Made by a program: the position numbers and the translations under genes. Below are positions 27,701 through 36,941 of a stretch of 64,000 nucleotides of DNA, one piece after another; within the stretch, counting starts at the first letter, position 1, and the number at the start of each line of letters is the position of its first letter. Source of the stretch: Roseibacillus sp. (GTDB lineage: Bacteria > Verrucomicrobiota > Verrucomicrobiia > Verrucomicrobiales > Akkermansiaceae); NCBI GenBank assembly GCA_965242925.1, contig CBDEUM010000014.1, forward strand, positions 64,001 through 128,000, read 5' to 3'. The notes under the pieces were generated by a model. The model did no database searches, was not told the origin of the DNA, and saw nothing but the letters and a program-made list of their open reading frames with translations.

Positions 27701-28507
27701 ATCGCAGGCCGCAACGAAAGTGGTCCGGCAGGGCTGGCAGTGATTCTGCAATGGACTACGGCGCATGGGGCGCAGACGCTGGTGACCGACACAACCTGGA
27801 AGCTCAGTCGTTCCCGTCCTCCCGGGGGCTGGGAGAAAAAAGGGGCGGAGCTTGGAAACTGGGGAATTGCCGTCGACGTGAGTGGCCCGACCTCGAACGT
27901 AATGGAGGCGATGTCGTCCTTTATGGAGAAGACGCCCCTTCATCTCCCGGAAGAGGTGCTCGAGTACTGGCAGGTCTGGTACCGCGAGAAGTTCGGGACT
28001 CCCTGGATTGCGCGCAAAGCAATCACGCAGGCCAAGATGTTGGCCGACGCGAACCTGCACGAACTGATTGCGGACATGAGCGAATTCAGGGGCAATGCCG
28101 CCAGGGGACGGAAGATTTACCTGCAAGCCACCTGCTTCGCGTGTCACGGTGGGCTCAAGGGCCAGTCCGGCAGTCTTTTCGGACCACCGTTGGCGGGTGC
28201 CACTCAGCGCCTGAACCGTCAGGAGTTGGCGGACTCGATCGTCTATCCGTCCAAAGTTGTTCAGGATCGTTTCAAGGCGACCGAGGTGATCACCACCAAT
28301 GCCGGAACGCTCAGCGGCTTCGTGACGGAACAGACCAATGAATTTGTCTCCATCACCGATGTGCAGGGTCAGGTCACGCGCCTTCCGCGCGAGCAGGTGA
28401 AGGCGATCAGAACGCAGGAACAATCATTGATGCCGGCCAAGTTGCTCAATGCCCTGAAGAAGGAGGACATCATCGATCTCATGACCTTCATTCACGAGAT
28501 GAAGTAG
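24719..28507 (+). CDS. PVC-type haem-binding protein: beta-propeller dehydrogenase-like domain, HEAT repeats, jelly-roll insert, C-terminal cytochrome c
   Basis: LADTDGD, GGRNP, FDSDME, GRGSP, VAPDGSLVVSD, HEAT-like EDPEPEIRGQAA, GNAARGRKIY...CFACH...GPPL, SLMP. Confidence 0.85.
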   Translation: MRLSASLAVLMALPVMGAPTLLDDQFSLFRGCHIYKVAESNLTGGSYDLVFDGQGRLLIGDGQNLRRLADTDGDQVYDQSEIIAEGLGGRGPQGLVVYGDKVYAVGGDGVQLFSGYLAGGKLKHERRLGEPFNTGGDHAAHTLLRGLDGYIYLVSGDGGGTGDRKHITARSSPVLFERTASVFRFDPAGEKWECIGSGGRNPPSLGMNYLGEFFSFDSDMEFHVDVPFYRPVRLHHWATGGDQGWQGVGAYPKYYLDNLPGVLDVGRGSPDWGVFYEHNQFPGVFRNSFLACDYQWKSATTGGYANPGRLLMFSLAREKATWKAELITVAQPKKGAVDANGKRINFGVVDVDVAPDGSLVVSDHNQGIWRIFHDKSERPVVPGIVPEAKRSNRSLLAQLLESPQPMAEWGRMAEERLLSQDEDLPGQVRSALLDPKRPLTQRLRAVRLLAPGFEELPGEFLQRMAEDPEPEIRGQAAWLLGIRQKREEAGLALQLLEDEDPFVLRRALEAQMRLQNPSAVPRLSTLLGHLDRFVAYAAMTALAHHPTKVIQENVTAHPGGIMRALVATNIRRERAGPEVVHSLLTILLDRVEPGDDDTTREQHLDLLRILGLFRVEIQQNKELTAKVHQFLLKLVNSEDPGIRWEHVRLCGDYDVAAGFTPILNMLEKEKDGVTQFHMAGALARISTGWTDAESRRLTQWLLSTQEGWFAERDGKGLQFGGFWNTVVNQLAGRHTAALIVLADQLRADSDLAKVAYKAIRGAPDADRVLLKAFQAARSDADRQRLIGLLHEVSSPFVAEQLLRDLDATKEIRRREELIAALAAQPLPPERGDLFVKGLLEIESAAAVERCAARIVTDGKAFAEYGDGVKALSIGNWNGDQAVAFRLIELMSIYPQIGATLERALQTLLAHQRPSFRTPMQVIWSSAEQIADDQAWFARSFEVNGNASRGVLMITCDNEFEVFLNGSKVGEGREWGTPKRIDVGNGLREGRNLIAIAGRNESGPAGLAVILQWTTAHGAQTLVTDTTWKLSRSRPPGGWEKKGAELGNWGIAVDVSGPTSNVMEAMSSFMEKTPLHLPEEVLEYWQVWYREKFGTPWIARKAITQAKMLADANLHELIADMSEFRGNAARGRKIYLQATCFACHGGLKGQSGSLFGPPLAGATQRLNRQELADSIVYPSKVVQDRFKATEVITTNAGTLSGFVTEQTNEFVSITDVQGQVTRLPREQVKAIRTQEQSLMPAKLLNALKKEDIIDLMTFIHEMK

Positions 28508-28776
28508 CATCCCGCGATCATTTTTTCCATTCCGCGATCCCGAAGCGAAGGGCTGGGGTCACCCTTGGGGCGGTCGACCTGTGAAGTTGATGAGGGAGAA
28601 ACCATACCCCCATGAAATCCGCACCCCTGTTAGGCGTGTTTCACCTCCAACTTCCTGGAAAAGGGGGAGAGGGGAGGGGAGAATTCCTAAAAATGACTGG
28701 ATTACGGGAAATGTCTTGGCAGGTTTTCCGACCAGGGTCGCGTCTGCCGCAACGCCCCAATCCAATCTGGACCAAA

Positions 28777-30453
28777 ATGATGAAAATCCGATTCTTGTCA
28801 GCGACCATCGCCACCTACTCAATCTGTCTCTGCGATACATCTGCGGGCCTGTTCGACGATGTGCCAGGGCTCTCGGCCTCTGCCCGATCGACGCTGGTCG
28901 CCCACTATGATGGCCGCGCCGGGGTCGCTACGACCGATAGCATCGTCGAATCATGGACCCCGGTGGACGGTGACGGCGTCCTGCTCCCGGGCATGGTCGC
29001 CCCGTCCACGCAGCGCGGCAGCGGTGCTGCGGACCTCATTACCTACGACGGTAGCGACCGCTTGATTTTCGACGATCCCAGTGCGGGTGCCGACGGTCGT
29101 TATCTCTCGGGAACCCTGGCCAATGCCGGCACCAGTGACTTCACCATCTTCTGGCTCGGCCATTATCAGGACGGCGCGCCGTTTGCAGCTTCCGGCACCT
29201 ACGCCTACAACGTCGGGCTTAACGATATATCGCATCAGCGTGACGATGGCGACGGCGGTTTTCGGGTGGAGATGTATAATGGCACGACCTATACGGGCGA
29301 TGACATCACAGCCTATGACGGCATCGACACTGTCTGGAGCACCGTCATCACCGCCACTACACACGACTCCTATGCCAACGGGGTGAATCTCAATGTTAGT
29401 GGGAGCCCGACCAACAGCGTTGTTGCAAACGCGGCCATCGTCATCGGGGCGTGGAGCTCGGGCGGCTATGACCTGGTGGGCGAGATCCGGCAGATCATCA
29501 TCTTCGAATCGGCCCTCGACGACGACGACCGTGGGCTCATCGAAGCCTATCTTGGCAGCCTCGCTGGGGTGCCTCCCCAGCCCGACCCGACTCCCTTGCT
29601 GCCACCCGAGCTCACTATCCATGATGGCATCGCGGAACTGACGTGGAGCGCCGATGCTCTCCTGCTATCCTCGAGCGATCTCAACGAATGGTTCATCGAG
29701 GCGGAGGCAACCTCACCCATGTCGTGGGAGATCGACAAGGAGCGGGAGTTCTTCCGTCTGGCGACCGAGTTTACCGAGATCCCGCGAGGGGTGGTGTTGC
29801 GCACGCGTATTGCATCCGACACTTACCGCGAGATTGAGTATCACGTCGATACCGGTGAGCTGTTTTTCCTCGGTGAGCAGGCCCACGGCCTCGATTTTTA
29901 CGGCGGCTCCAATAATTTATGGTGGTGCGGCCTCAATTCCGCAAACCATGGATCCGGACTCCTCGAGTTTCTGATGGATCGCAACGAAGATGCCGCGGCG
30001 ATGAAAGCGATCGCGGTCGCCAGCGGATGGACGACTTATGCGTCCCCCACCTATAGCTTCCTGACGCTGGAACCACTCTCTTCGCACAAAACTTACATCA
30101 ACCATACGGCGCCTGCATCTCCCGGTCAGACCGATACGACAGAATCCTACACGGGAGATTACGACGAGATCGCCAGCAGCCGGATTTTCTTCGTGCTCTA
30201 CCGCAACACTTCCAGTGGGGCTGCCTACCTCGGCCTTGGCGGCCCCAGCCTCGATGCCATCGCCTCTCCGCAACCACCTGGAGACGGCTCCTCGAATCGT
30301 GATAATGGTGTCCGTGTGGACATCGCCCTCAAAACCGCCATTCCTCTCTCGGAGGTGGACAAACTGGAGCTGATCAACCGGTTTTTGCCCGTCCGCCCGC
30401 TCTACGAGGACGCCTCCAATGCCTACTTCTACGAGCACCCGCCGGGCCTCTAA
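28777..30453 (+). CDS. Secreted protein: LamG/ConA-like domain, Pro linker, SDL..W..FFRL module, unknown C-terminal domain
   Basis: Signal peptide at ATG 28777; LVAHYDG...GEIRQIIIFESAL...IEAYL; paralogous to 30605..31480. Confidence 0.75.
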   Translation: MMKIRFLSATIATYSICLCDTSAGLFDDVPGLSASARSTLVAHYDGRAGVATTDSIVESWTPVDGDGVLLPGMVAPSTQRGSGAADLITYDGSDRLIFDDPSAGADGRYLSGTLANAGTSDFTIFWLGHYQDGAPFAASGTYAYNVGLNDISHQRDDGDGGFRVEMYNGTTYTGDDITAYDGIDTVWSTVITATTHDSYANGVNLNVSGSPTNSVVANAAIVIGAWSSGGYDLVGEIRQIIIFESALDDDDRGLIEAYLGSLAGVPPQPDPTPLLPPELTIHDGIAELTWSADALLLSSSDLNEWFIEAEATSPMSWEIDKEREFFRLATEFTEIPRGVVLRTRIASDTYREIEYHVDTGELFFLGEQAHGLDFYGGSNNLWWCGLNSANHGSGLLEFLMDRNEDAAAMKAIAVASGWTTYASPTYSFLTLEPLSSHKTYINHTAPASPGQTDTTESYTGDYDEIASSRIFFVLYRNTSSGAAYLGLGGPSLDAIASPQPPGDGSSNRDNGVRVDIALKTAIPLSEVDKLELINRFLPVRPLYEDASNAYFYEHPPGL

Positions 30454-30604
30454 GTCCTGATCGTTTCGGGGTCGTTTAAAGTCGTGCTTCCCTGAAAAGA
30501 GCGGGGCTTTGCAGAGATTCGGTGGCATGGGGATGGTTTCCAGCCGGGCATATTCCTCAGTTTTGTGTTGCGTTTTCGGCAAATTTTATCGGTATGGGGG
30601 CTCT

Positions 30605-31480
30605 ATGAGAGCGCATTCACTCAAAGGGGCAATGGCGGCGGTGGGCGCTGGCCTGCTCTTATGTCCTTCGCATTCCTTTTCAGCGGGACTTTTTCTGGAC
30701 GTGCCGGGATTGTCGGCGGAAGCCCAAGCTTCGCTGGTGGCGCACTACGATGGTCGGACCGGCGTTGCGACAAGTGGCAGCGCGGTGGATTCCTGGACCC
30801 CGGTTGATGGTAACGGCGACTCATTACCTGGTATGGTAGTCACCTCCGCAGCGCGAAGTGGAGGAGGTGCTGCTGACCTCATTACCTACGACCCGGTCAG
30901 CGGCAGCCTGTCATTCAGTGACACTGCAGTCGGTGCCGACGGGCGCCGCCTCGCAGGGACGCTCTCCAACGCCCAATCGGCAGATTTTACCGTCATGTGG
31001 CTCGGGCTATATGATGCAGATGCCCCGTTTGCCACCTCCGGCACCTACGCCTACAATATCGGGCCCAGCGATATATCGCATCAGCGCGACGATGGCGGCG
31101 GCGGGTTTCGCGTGGAACTGTATAACGGCACGACCTATGCGGGTGATGATATCACTGCCTACGATGGCATCTCTACCGTCTGGAGCACCGTTCTCACCGC
31201 CAACAGCCACAACGTCTTTGCCAACGGAACGAATCTCAATGTTGGTGGGAGCCCGACCAACAGCGTCGCTGCAAACGCGTCCATCGTCATGGGAGCGTAC
31301 AGCGCCTCCGGCTATGACCTGGTCGGCGACATCAGCCAGATGATCATTTTCGATTCCGCTCTCAGTGACGCCGACCGCGTGCTCGTCGGCGACTTCCTCA
31401 GCACGGTTCCGGAGCCGTCGGTGACGCTGCTTCTGGGGTTGGCGATGCTTCCCCTCCTGAGGATCCGGCGACCTCGTTGA
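30605..31480 (+). CDS. PEP-CTERM sorting-domain protein with a LamG/ConA-like domain
   Basis: Signal peptide and C-terminal VPEPSVTLLLGLAMLPLLRIRRPR. Confidence 0.88.
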   Translation: MRAHSLKGAMAAVGAGLLLCPSHSFSAGLFLDVPGLSAEAQASLVAHYDGRTGVATSGSAVDSWTPVDGNGDSLPGMVVTSAARSGGGAADLITYDPVSGSLSFSDTAVGADGRRLAGTLSNAQSADFTVMWLGLYDADAPFATSGTYAYNIGPSDISHQRDDGGGGFRVELYNGTTYAGDDITAYDGISTVWSTVLTANSHNVFANGTNLNVGGSPTNSVAANASIVMGAYSASGYDLVGDISQMIIFDSALSDADRVLVGDFLSTVPEPSVTLLLGLAMLPLLRIRRPR

Positions 31481-31520
31481 CTCACATCATTGCGGGGATT
31501 GTCCCTTCCCCGACCGGGTT

Positions 31521-31575
31521 TTCTGCACCCCCACCTTCCCGGGCTCCTCATCCTCCAGGAACCCCGGCCTGAGAA
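31521..31575. repeat. 55 bp intergenic repeat, copy A
   Basis: 46/55 ungapped identity to 35734..35788 by manual alignment. Confidence 0.85.
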
Positions 31576-31609
31576 GGCCATCTACTGGCCAATCGAACGA
31601 AAGGAGAGG

Positions 31610-32995
31610 TCACGCTAGGATCTTCTCGCGCACGTGCCCGTGCACATCCGTTAGTCGTCGGTCAATCCCGTTGTGGCGGACCGTTAGTTTTTCGTGGTCG
31701 ATTCCTAACAGGTGCAGGACCGTTGCATGCAGGTCGTAGCACCAGGTTTTCTTGCGGGCTTTCCATCCCCACTCGTCGCTCTCGCCGTAGCTACTGCCGG
31801 GTTTGATGCCCGCGCCGGCTAGCCAGGTAACGAAGGTTCCGCCGTTGTGGTCGCGTCCGGATTGGCCTTGGCTGAATGGCATGCGGCCGAACTCAGTGGT
31901 CCAGATGACTAGCGTGTCCTCCAGCATACCTCGGGATTTCAGGTCTCTGACCAGAGCGGCGATCGGCTGGTCGACCTGTTGCGCCATGTGCGGCAGCTCG
32001 GTGTGGATATTAGCGTGGTTGTCCCAGTTGTTGGTCGGTCCGCCGGCGCCACTCCAGATTTGCACGAAGCGCACGTCGCGTTCGAGCAGACGCCGTCCGA
32101 TCATGCAGCGCCGGGCAAAATCTGAGGTTTTTTTGTTCCCCAAACCGTAGAGATCTTTGGTGGATTGGGATTCCTTGGATAAATCAAACACCTCTGGGGC
32201 ACTGAGTTGCATGCGTGCGGCGAGTTCGTAGGATTCGATGCGCGCCTCGAGCTGGCTGTCGTGCGGGAAGCGTTGCGCGTAGTTTTGGTTGAGCGACTTG
32301 AGAAGTTCCAGCCCGTCGGTTTCGCTCTGCGGGGTGATGTGTTTCGCCTCCTTGGGAGGGAACAGGAAATTGATCGGCGTATCGCCTTTGACCCTGATGA
32401 CGGTGCCCTGGTGTTTCGCCGGCAGGAAGCCGGCGGTGAAATTGCCGAGGTTGTTGTAGGGCAGGCCATTCGGGTCGGGGAGCACGACAAACTCTGGGAG
32501 GTTCTTGTTGATCCGGCCGAGCCCGTAGCTGATCCACGCGCCCATGCACGGGAACCCCGGCAAGGTGAATCCGGTATTCTGCATGTAGCTGCCGAGGCCG
32601 TGCACGTTGGTCGTGGACGTCATCGAGGTGAGGAATGCCAGCTCGTCGGCGATCCCTGCCATGTGCGGGAACACGCTGCTGACCCAGCGGCCGCACTGGC
32701 CGTGTTGGCGGAACTCGAAGGGGCTGGGGAGCACTTTGAAGCCGGGGGAATTGGTGACTGACTCGACCAGCTGGCCGGCGCCGGGATCGAAGGGTTTGCC
32801 GTCGAGTTCTTTCAGCCGGGGCTTGGGATCGAAGGTGTCCATCTGGCTGACGCCGCCGTTCATGAACAGCTGGATCACGCGCTTCGCTCTTGGCGCATGG
32901 TGGCAGGTGGAGCCGAGCACCTGCGAAAGCGCGAGCCCACCAAACCCGCCGCCGGTTCGGAGTAGAAACGCTCGTCTGTTGATCGCCGGGCTCAT
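31610..32995 (-). CDS. DUF1501 domain protein (Tat-exported)
   Basis: NRRAFL, AKRVIQLFMNGGVSQMDTFDPKP, WDNH, EFGRMP, GRDHN, RLTDVHG. Confidence 0.92.
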   Translation of the reverse strand: MSPAINRRAFLLRTGGGFGGLALSQVLGSTCHHAPRAKRVIQLFMNGGVSQMDTFDPKPRLKELDGKPFDPGAGQLVESVTNSPGFKVLPSPFEFRQHGQCGRWVSSVFPHMAGIADELAFLTSMTSTTNVHGLGSYMQNTGFTLPGFPCMGAWISYGLGRINKNLPEFVVLPDPNGLPYNNLGNFTAGFLPAKHQGTVIRVKGDTPINFLFPPKEAKHITPQSETDGLELLKSLNQNYAQRFPHDSQLEARIESYELAARMQLSAPEVFDLSKESQSTKDLYGLGNKKTSDFARRCMIGRRLLERDVRFVQIWSGAGGPTNNWDNHANIHTELPHMAQQVDQPIAALVRDLKSRGMLEDTLVIWTTEFGRMPFSQGQSGRDHNGGTFVTWLAGAGIKPGSSYGESDEWGWKARKKTWCYDLHATVLHLLGIDHEKLTVRHNGIDRRLTDVHGHVREKILA

Positions 32996-33003
32996 CTTGG
33001 TGT

Positions 33004-35628
33004 TTAGTGGACGAAGAGGAATTCGCTGCTGTTGAGGATGATCCGGCAGGCGTTTGCGAGCCCGTGTTCGGTGGTGTAGTTGGCGATCTGTTCGGTTTCT
33101 GCCGGGCTAGCGGGCCGACCGTAGGCGCGCAGGAATAGCTCGTTGATCTGTGCGGACAGATCGGGGTGGCTCGTCTTCAGATTGGTGGCGATGTGCTCAG
33201 ATTGACGCACGAGGAAACGATTGTTCAACATCGCCAGCGCCTGGAGGGCTGTCGCTGAGGTCTCGCGGCGCGGGGCGAGCTGCGAGGCGTCGGGGCAATC
33301 GAGCGCCTGCATCAGCGGATCGGGGACGGTGCGGAATACAAAACGGTAGACGCTGCGGCGCAGGTTGGCTGGGGCGTCGGGATCGAATCCGAGGTAATCC
33401 ACATTTGGCGTGATGTGCACGCCTTTGCTGGAATGGAACTGGCGGGCGGATGGGCCGCCCATCTTGAGATCGAGCCTGCCGGACAGGCTGAGCACGGTGT
33501 CGTGGATCGACTCGGCATCGAGGCGTTGACGGTTCATTCGCCACAGTAGTCGGTTGTCGGCATCTGCAGTAAGGCACTCCTGCCGGTCGGCGGCCGATTG
33601 TCGGTAGGTGTCACTGAGCACGATGGTTTTGTGCAGCCACTTGAGGCTGCCACCGCGTTCGCGGAATTCGAATGCGAGCCAATCCAGCAGTTCCGGGTGT
33701 GTCGGCTGCTCCCCCATCTTGCCGAAGTCGTTCGGTGTCGAGACGATACCGCGACCGAAATGGTAGTGCCACACGCGGTTCACGATCGATCGCCAGGTGA
33801 GGACGTTGTCGCGGTCGACTAGCCAGTCGGCCAGTGCCGCGCGGCGTGCGCCCTCGTCATTTGCATCCCCGAGTTCGAAGCGGTCAGGCAATCCGGGCAG
33901 GCAGGCCAGCGCGCCGGGGCTTGCGACTTCCCTGGGTGAATGGATGTCGCCGCGGTGGAGGACGTGAACTTCGCGTGCCTGGCCAGCGGGCTTGAAATTT
34001 CCGATGGCTTTGAACTGGCTGGCGACGGCAAAAATCTTGCCTGCCTCCGGCAAGGTCGCAAGGTCGCGGGCGTACTTTTCTTTCAGATGGCGACGCGCAA
34101 GACTGCGCCGCTGCTCGGTGGTGCGCTTGGTTTCAGGTGTGGAAAGAATCGCTTCGATCTCGGCAGAGAGAGCAATTCCCAGGGCGGGTTCTTCTTCGCC
34201 AGTGAGCGAAATTCTTGGCCGCCCGATGAGGTGGCTGCCGCCGTGAAGTTGTTCGAGGACGATCTCGATGTTCGTGTCCGGCGTCAGGTGCACCGCCTCC
34301 TTGAAAATGAAAATCGCACGGTGGGGCTTTCCCTCTTGTGGGTGGATTCCCCAAGCACTTGCCTTATTCCCGTCGATCGCCTTGTGCACCTCCCATTCGG
34401 CCTGATCAAAATCGGCCATAGCACGGGCAATTGGGACCGGTTTCCCTCCGATATTCACCCTGATTTCTGAAAGGTGGAGATTCCCGTTGGGGGCGCGGCC
34501 TGGACCTTTCACGGGGAACGAATCGTCTGTGAGCACCTCAACTTGCACGGCGGTGAGGCGTTTGATTTTGGACGTGCCGGTGACCTTGTAGGTGTCTTTT
34601 TCTGGAGCTGTGCCGGCGAACAGGATCGATCCGTCTGACTGGACCCGGTGCGGCGTGCCGCTGGTCGAGATCACATTTCCGGGCACGAGCGTCGTCCACT
34701 TCCCCACGCTTTCCTCGAGGTTTTTCACCCATGTGGAAATCTCTTCCCGCAGCGTCGGGTCATCGATCTGTGATTCGAGATCTCGCTGGCCGGCGAGCAG
34801 CCTGGCGCGCTTGCGCGCGATGACTGGATCGAGATCGAAAGGGCGATCGACCTTGTCGATGCCGGCGAAAACGGCTTGCAGCGCGTAGTAGTCTTCGAGC
34901 GAGACCGGATCGAATTTGTGATCGTGACAGCGCGCGCAATGGACGGTGGTGCTGGTGAATGTCGACATGGTCGCGCTGAGCATGTCATCGCGGTCGAGGT
35001 ATTGGGCGATCTTCTTGTCGATCGTGCCGTCCTGGATCCCCATCTGCGAGCTCGAATCCCACGGGCCACAGGCGAGGAATCCGGTGGCCGCGGTAGCCCA
35101 CGGGTCGTTGGCAGCGATGACATCGCCGGCGATCTGTTCGCGGACGAAATCTGCGTAGGGTTTGTCGTTGTTCAGAGCGTTGATGATCCAGTCGCGATAA
35201 GGCCAGGCGTTGTCGCGGATGGCGTCTTCGTCGTGGCCATGTGTTTCGGCGTAGCGCACGGTATCCATCCAGTGCCGTGCCCAGCGTTCTCCGTGGCGCT
35301 TGCTAGCGAGAAGGCGGTCGACGATGCGCTGTTCTGCATCGGGTTGGGTGTCATTGAGGAAGGCGTTGAGCTCCTGCGGAGAAGGTGGCAACCCGATGAG
35401 GTTGAAGTGGACGCGTCGCAGCCAGGTGCGTTTCTCGGATGGTGGTGACATCGACAGGTCGGCAGTTTCTAAGCGCGCGGCGATGAAGGCGTCGATGGCG
35501 GAGGGGAAGTCGCTGCTGGGAACGGCCGGGCGCTCTAGCGGCGTCAGGCTCCAGTGTCCCTCTTCTTCTGCATGCGCGACGGCGATGCAGATAGAGCAGG
35601 CGAGGAAACTGGTGAGCTTGCACAGCAC
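33004..35628 (-). CDS. PSCyt2 (DUF1549) / PSD1 (DUF1553) protein
   Basis: [59 protein letters not shown]. Confidence 0.92.
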   Translation of the reverse strand: MLCKLTSFLACSICIAVAHAEEEGHWSLTPLERPAVPSSDFPSAIDAFIAARLETADLSMSPPSEKRTWLRRVHFNLIGLPPSPQELNAFLNDTQPDAEQRIVDRLLASKRHGERWARHWMDTVRYAETHGHDEDAIRDNAWPYRDWIINALNNDKPYADFVREQIAGDVIAANDPWATAATGFLACGPWDSSSQMGIQDGTIDKKIAQYLDRDDMLSATMSTFTSTTVHCARCHDHKFDPVSLEDYYALQAVFAGIDKVDRPFDLDPVIARKRARLLAGQRDLESQIDDPTLREEISTWVKNLEESVGKWTTLVPGNVISTSGTPHRVQSDGSILFAGTAPEKDTYKVTGTSKIKRLTAVQVEVLTDDSFPVKGPGRAPNGNLHLSEIRVNIGGKPVPIARAMADFDQAEWEVHKAIDGNKASAWGIHPQEGKPHRAIFIFKEAVHLTPDTNIEIVLEQLHGGSHLIGRPRISLTGEEEPALGIALSAEIEAILSTPETKRTTEQRRSLARRHLKEKYARDLATLPEAGKIFAVASQFKAIGNFKPAGQAREVHVLHRGDIHSPREVASPGALACLPGLPDRFELGDANDEGARRAALADWLVDRDNVLTWRSIVNRVWHYHFGRGIVSTPNDFGKMGEQPTHPELLDWLAFEFRERGGSLKWLHKTIVLSDTYRQSAADRQECLTADADNRLLWRMNRQRLDAESIHDTVLSLSGRLDLKMGGPSARQFHSSKGVHITPNVDYLGFDPDAPANLRRSVYRFVFRTVPDPLMQALDCPDASQLAPRRETSATALQALAMLNNRFLVRQSEHIATNLKTSHPDLSAQINELFLRAYGRPASPAETEQIANYTTEHGLANACRIILNSSEFLFVH

Positions 35629-35733
35629 AGGGGTATGATACGCGGCTCGGTGGCTGCGCGCCTAGCGGATTTTAGGGTGGATCGGCCCGGTAGCCTGAAG
35701 CTCCAGCTTCGGTTAAATGACTGGAAACCGGCG

Positions 35734-35788
35734 TTCTGCAGCCCCGCCTTCCCCGGTTCCTCAGGCTCCAGGAAGACCGACCTGAGAA
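35734..35788. repeat. 55 bp intergenic repeat, copy B
   Basis: 46/55 identity to 31521..31575. Confidence 0.85.
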
Positions 35789-35814
35789 AGTAATTTACTA
35801 ACAATAATCAAAAT

Positions 35815-36720
35815 CTATTCGTGTTCATTTGCCTTCGGCTTTCTGCGCGGTGCTCCGAATGTGGTTCGCCTTTCACAGAGCGATAGGATGCGCTCGCTTA
35901 GCTCCAGGTAGGCCTTGCTGCTGAGATGGCCGTTGTTATCGGTCCAGGCCCAGGCCTTGAAGTTCTTCTCCTTGGAGCCGAGGTCGAGGTCGAGCAGGTG
36001 GGCGTTGGGATCGTCCTTGCTGACGTCGACCTGCGCCTGGAGGATGGGTTCGAAGCTCGCGTCCCCGTGCTGGAAGAGATGCTTCCTGACGAAGATCGGC
36101 AGATCCGCGATCCCGGTGTCCTCCCGGAACGCGGCGAAGACCGCCCGCAGGTTCTTGCCATACTCCTGCCCCTTTGGCCGATCGGATTCGCCCTGGTCCC
36201 AGTAGAGCCCGATGACGCTGACATTCTTGTAGCGCTTCTTCAGGTCCGCCATGGCACCGTCGAGTTGGCCTTTGAAGTTCTTGTAGTCCGGACCGACACC
36301 CGCCTTCCACTGGGCATACAAGTTGTGGCCGCCGGGCCCGTGCTTGATGAAGAACTTGTCGGCATCCGGATACCTTTTTTCTAACAGCATTGCCATGGGG
36401 AGTTCGATGCCGTGGCGCCACGGGTCGCGGTATCCGCCCTTCAGGTTCTTGCCAGGTGCAAACCGCTCGAACCTGCCCCCCGCCCAGATGTTGCTCCGTG
36501 GATAGGCCTCCATGGTGGTAGGGATCCCCACCTCCTCTGCTGTCGAGCCGGGGATCGTCGGGTGCTTCCTCGCCATGCCCGACTTCTCGTTGCTCTCCGG
36601 CGAGAACGCAGCAACGCCGCCGGCGTTCGACTGGCCGGCGATGAGAAAAACAAGGGCGCTGGTTTCCCCGGCGAGCGACGAAAGGGAAAGAAGGCACAGA
36701 AGGAGGATGACGGTTTTCAT
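35815..36720 (-). CDS. Sialate O-acetylesterase (SASA)/CE6-like SGNH esterase
   Basis: Signal peptide MKTVILLL at 36720, FLIAGQSNA, WDQGESD, DNNGHL. The 690 aa ORF-track version is over-extended. Confidence 0.85.
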   Translation of the reverse strand: MKTVILLLCLLSLSSLAGETSALVFLIAGQSNAGGVAAFSPESNEKSGMARKHPTIPGSTAEEVGIPTTMEAYPRSNIWAGGRFERFAPGKNLKGGYRDPWRHGIELPMAMLLEKRYPDADKFFIKHGPGGHNLYAQWKAGVGPDYKNFKGQLDGAMADLKKRYKNVSVIGLYWDQGESDRPKGQEYGKNLRAVFAAFREDTGIADLPIFVRKHLFQHGDASFEPILQAQVDVSKDDPNAHLLDLDLGSKEKNFKAWAWTDNNGHLSSKAYLELSERILSLCERRTTFGAPRRKPKANEHE

Positions 36721-36941
36721 GGTTTGGGGGGATAATCGTAAAAGAGGAACCCCGGGGTGGTGGAGTTCACCTTGTTGCGTTTGATGCTGCCGTCCCTGCT
36801 GCAGGTGATGACGGGGTTCCGCCACCAGTTGCAGACCGCGCTGCCACGCATGATGAGGAAATCGAGCATCAGGTGGGGGATGAACAGCGGCACGCCATTG
36901 TTGTGTCTGTCCCTCCAGTTCTTGTCGTAGAAATTCTGCGT
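36717..36941 (-). pseudogene. Probable 3' relic of a deleted gene
   Basis: 74 open codons with G/C-rich third positions (TQNFYDKNWRDRHNNGVPLF...FYDYPPKP*), and a TGA overlapping the esterase ATG. Confidence 0.45.

Noticed and set aside
31521..35788. Classical integron attC sites
   Set aside because: No RYYYAAC/GTTRRRY core sites and no intI in the window. Kept only as an unexplained repeat.
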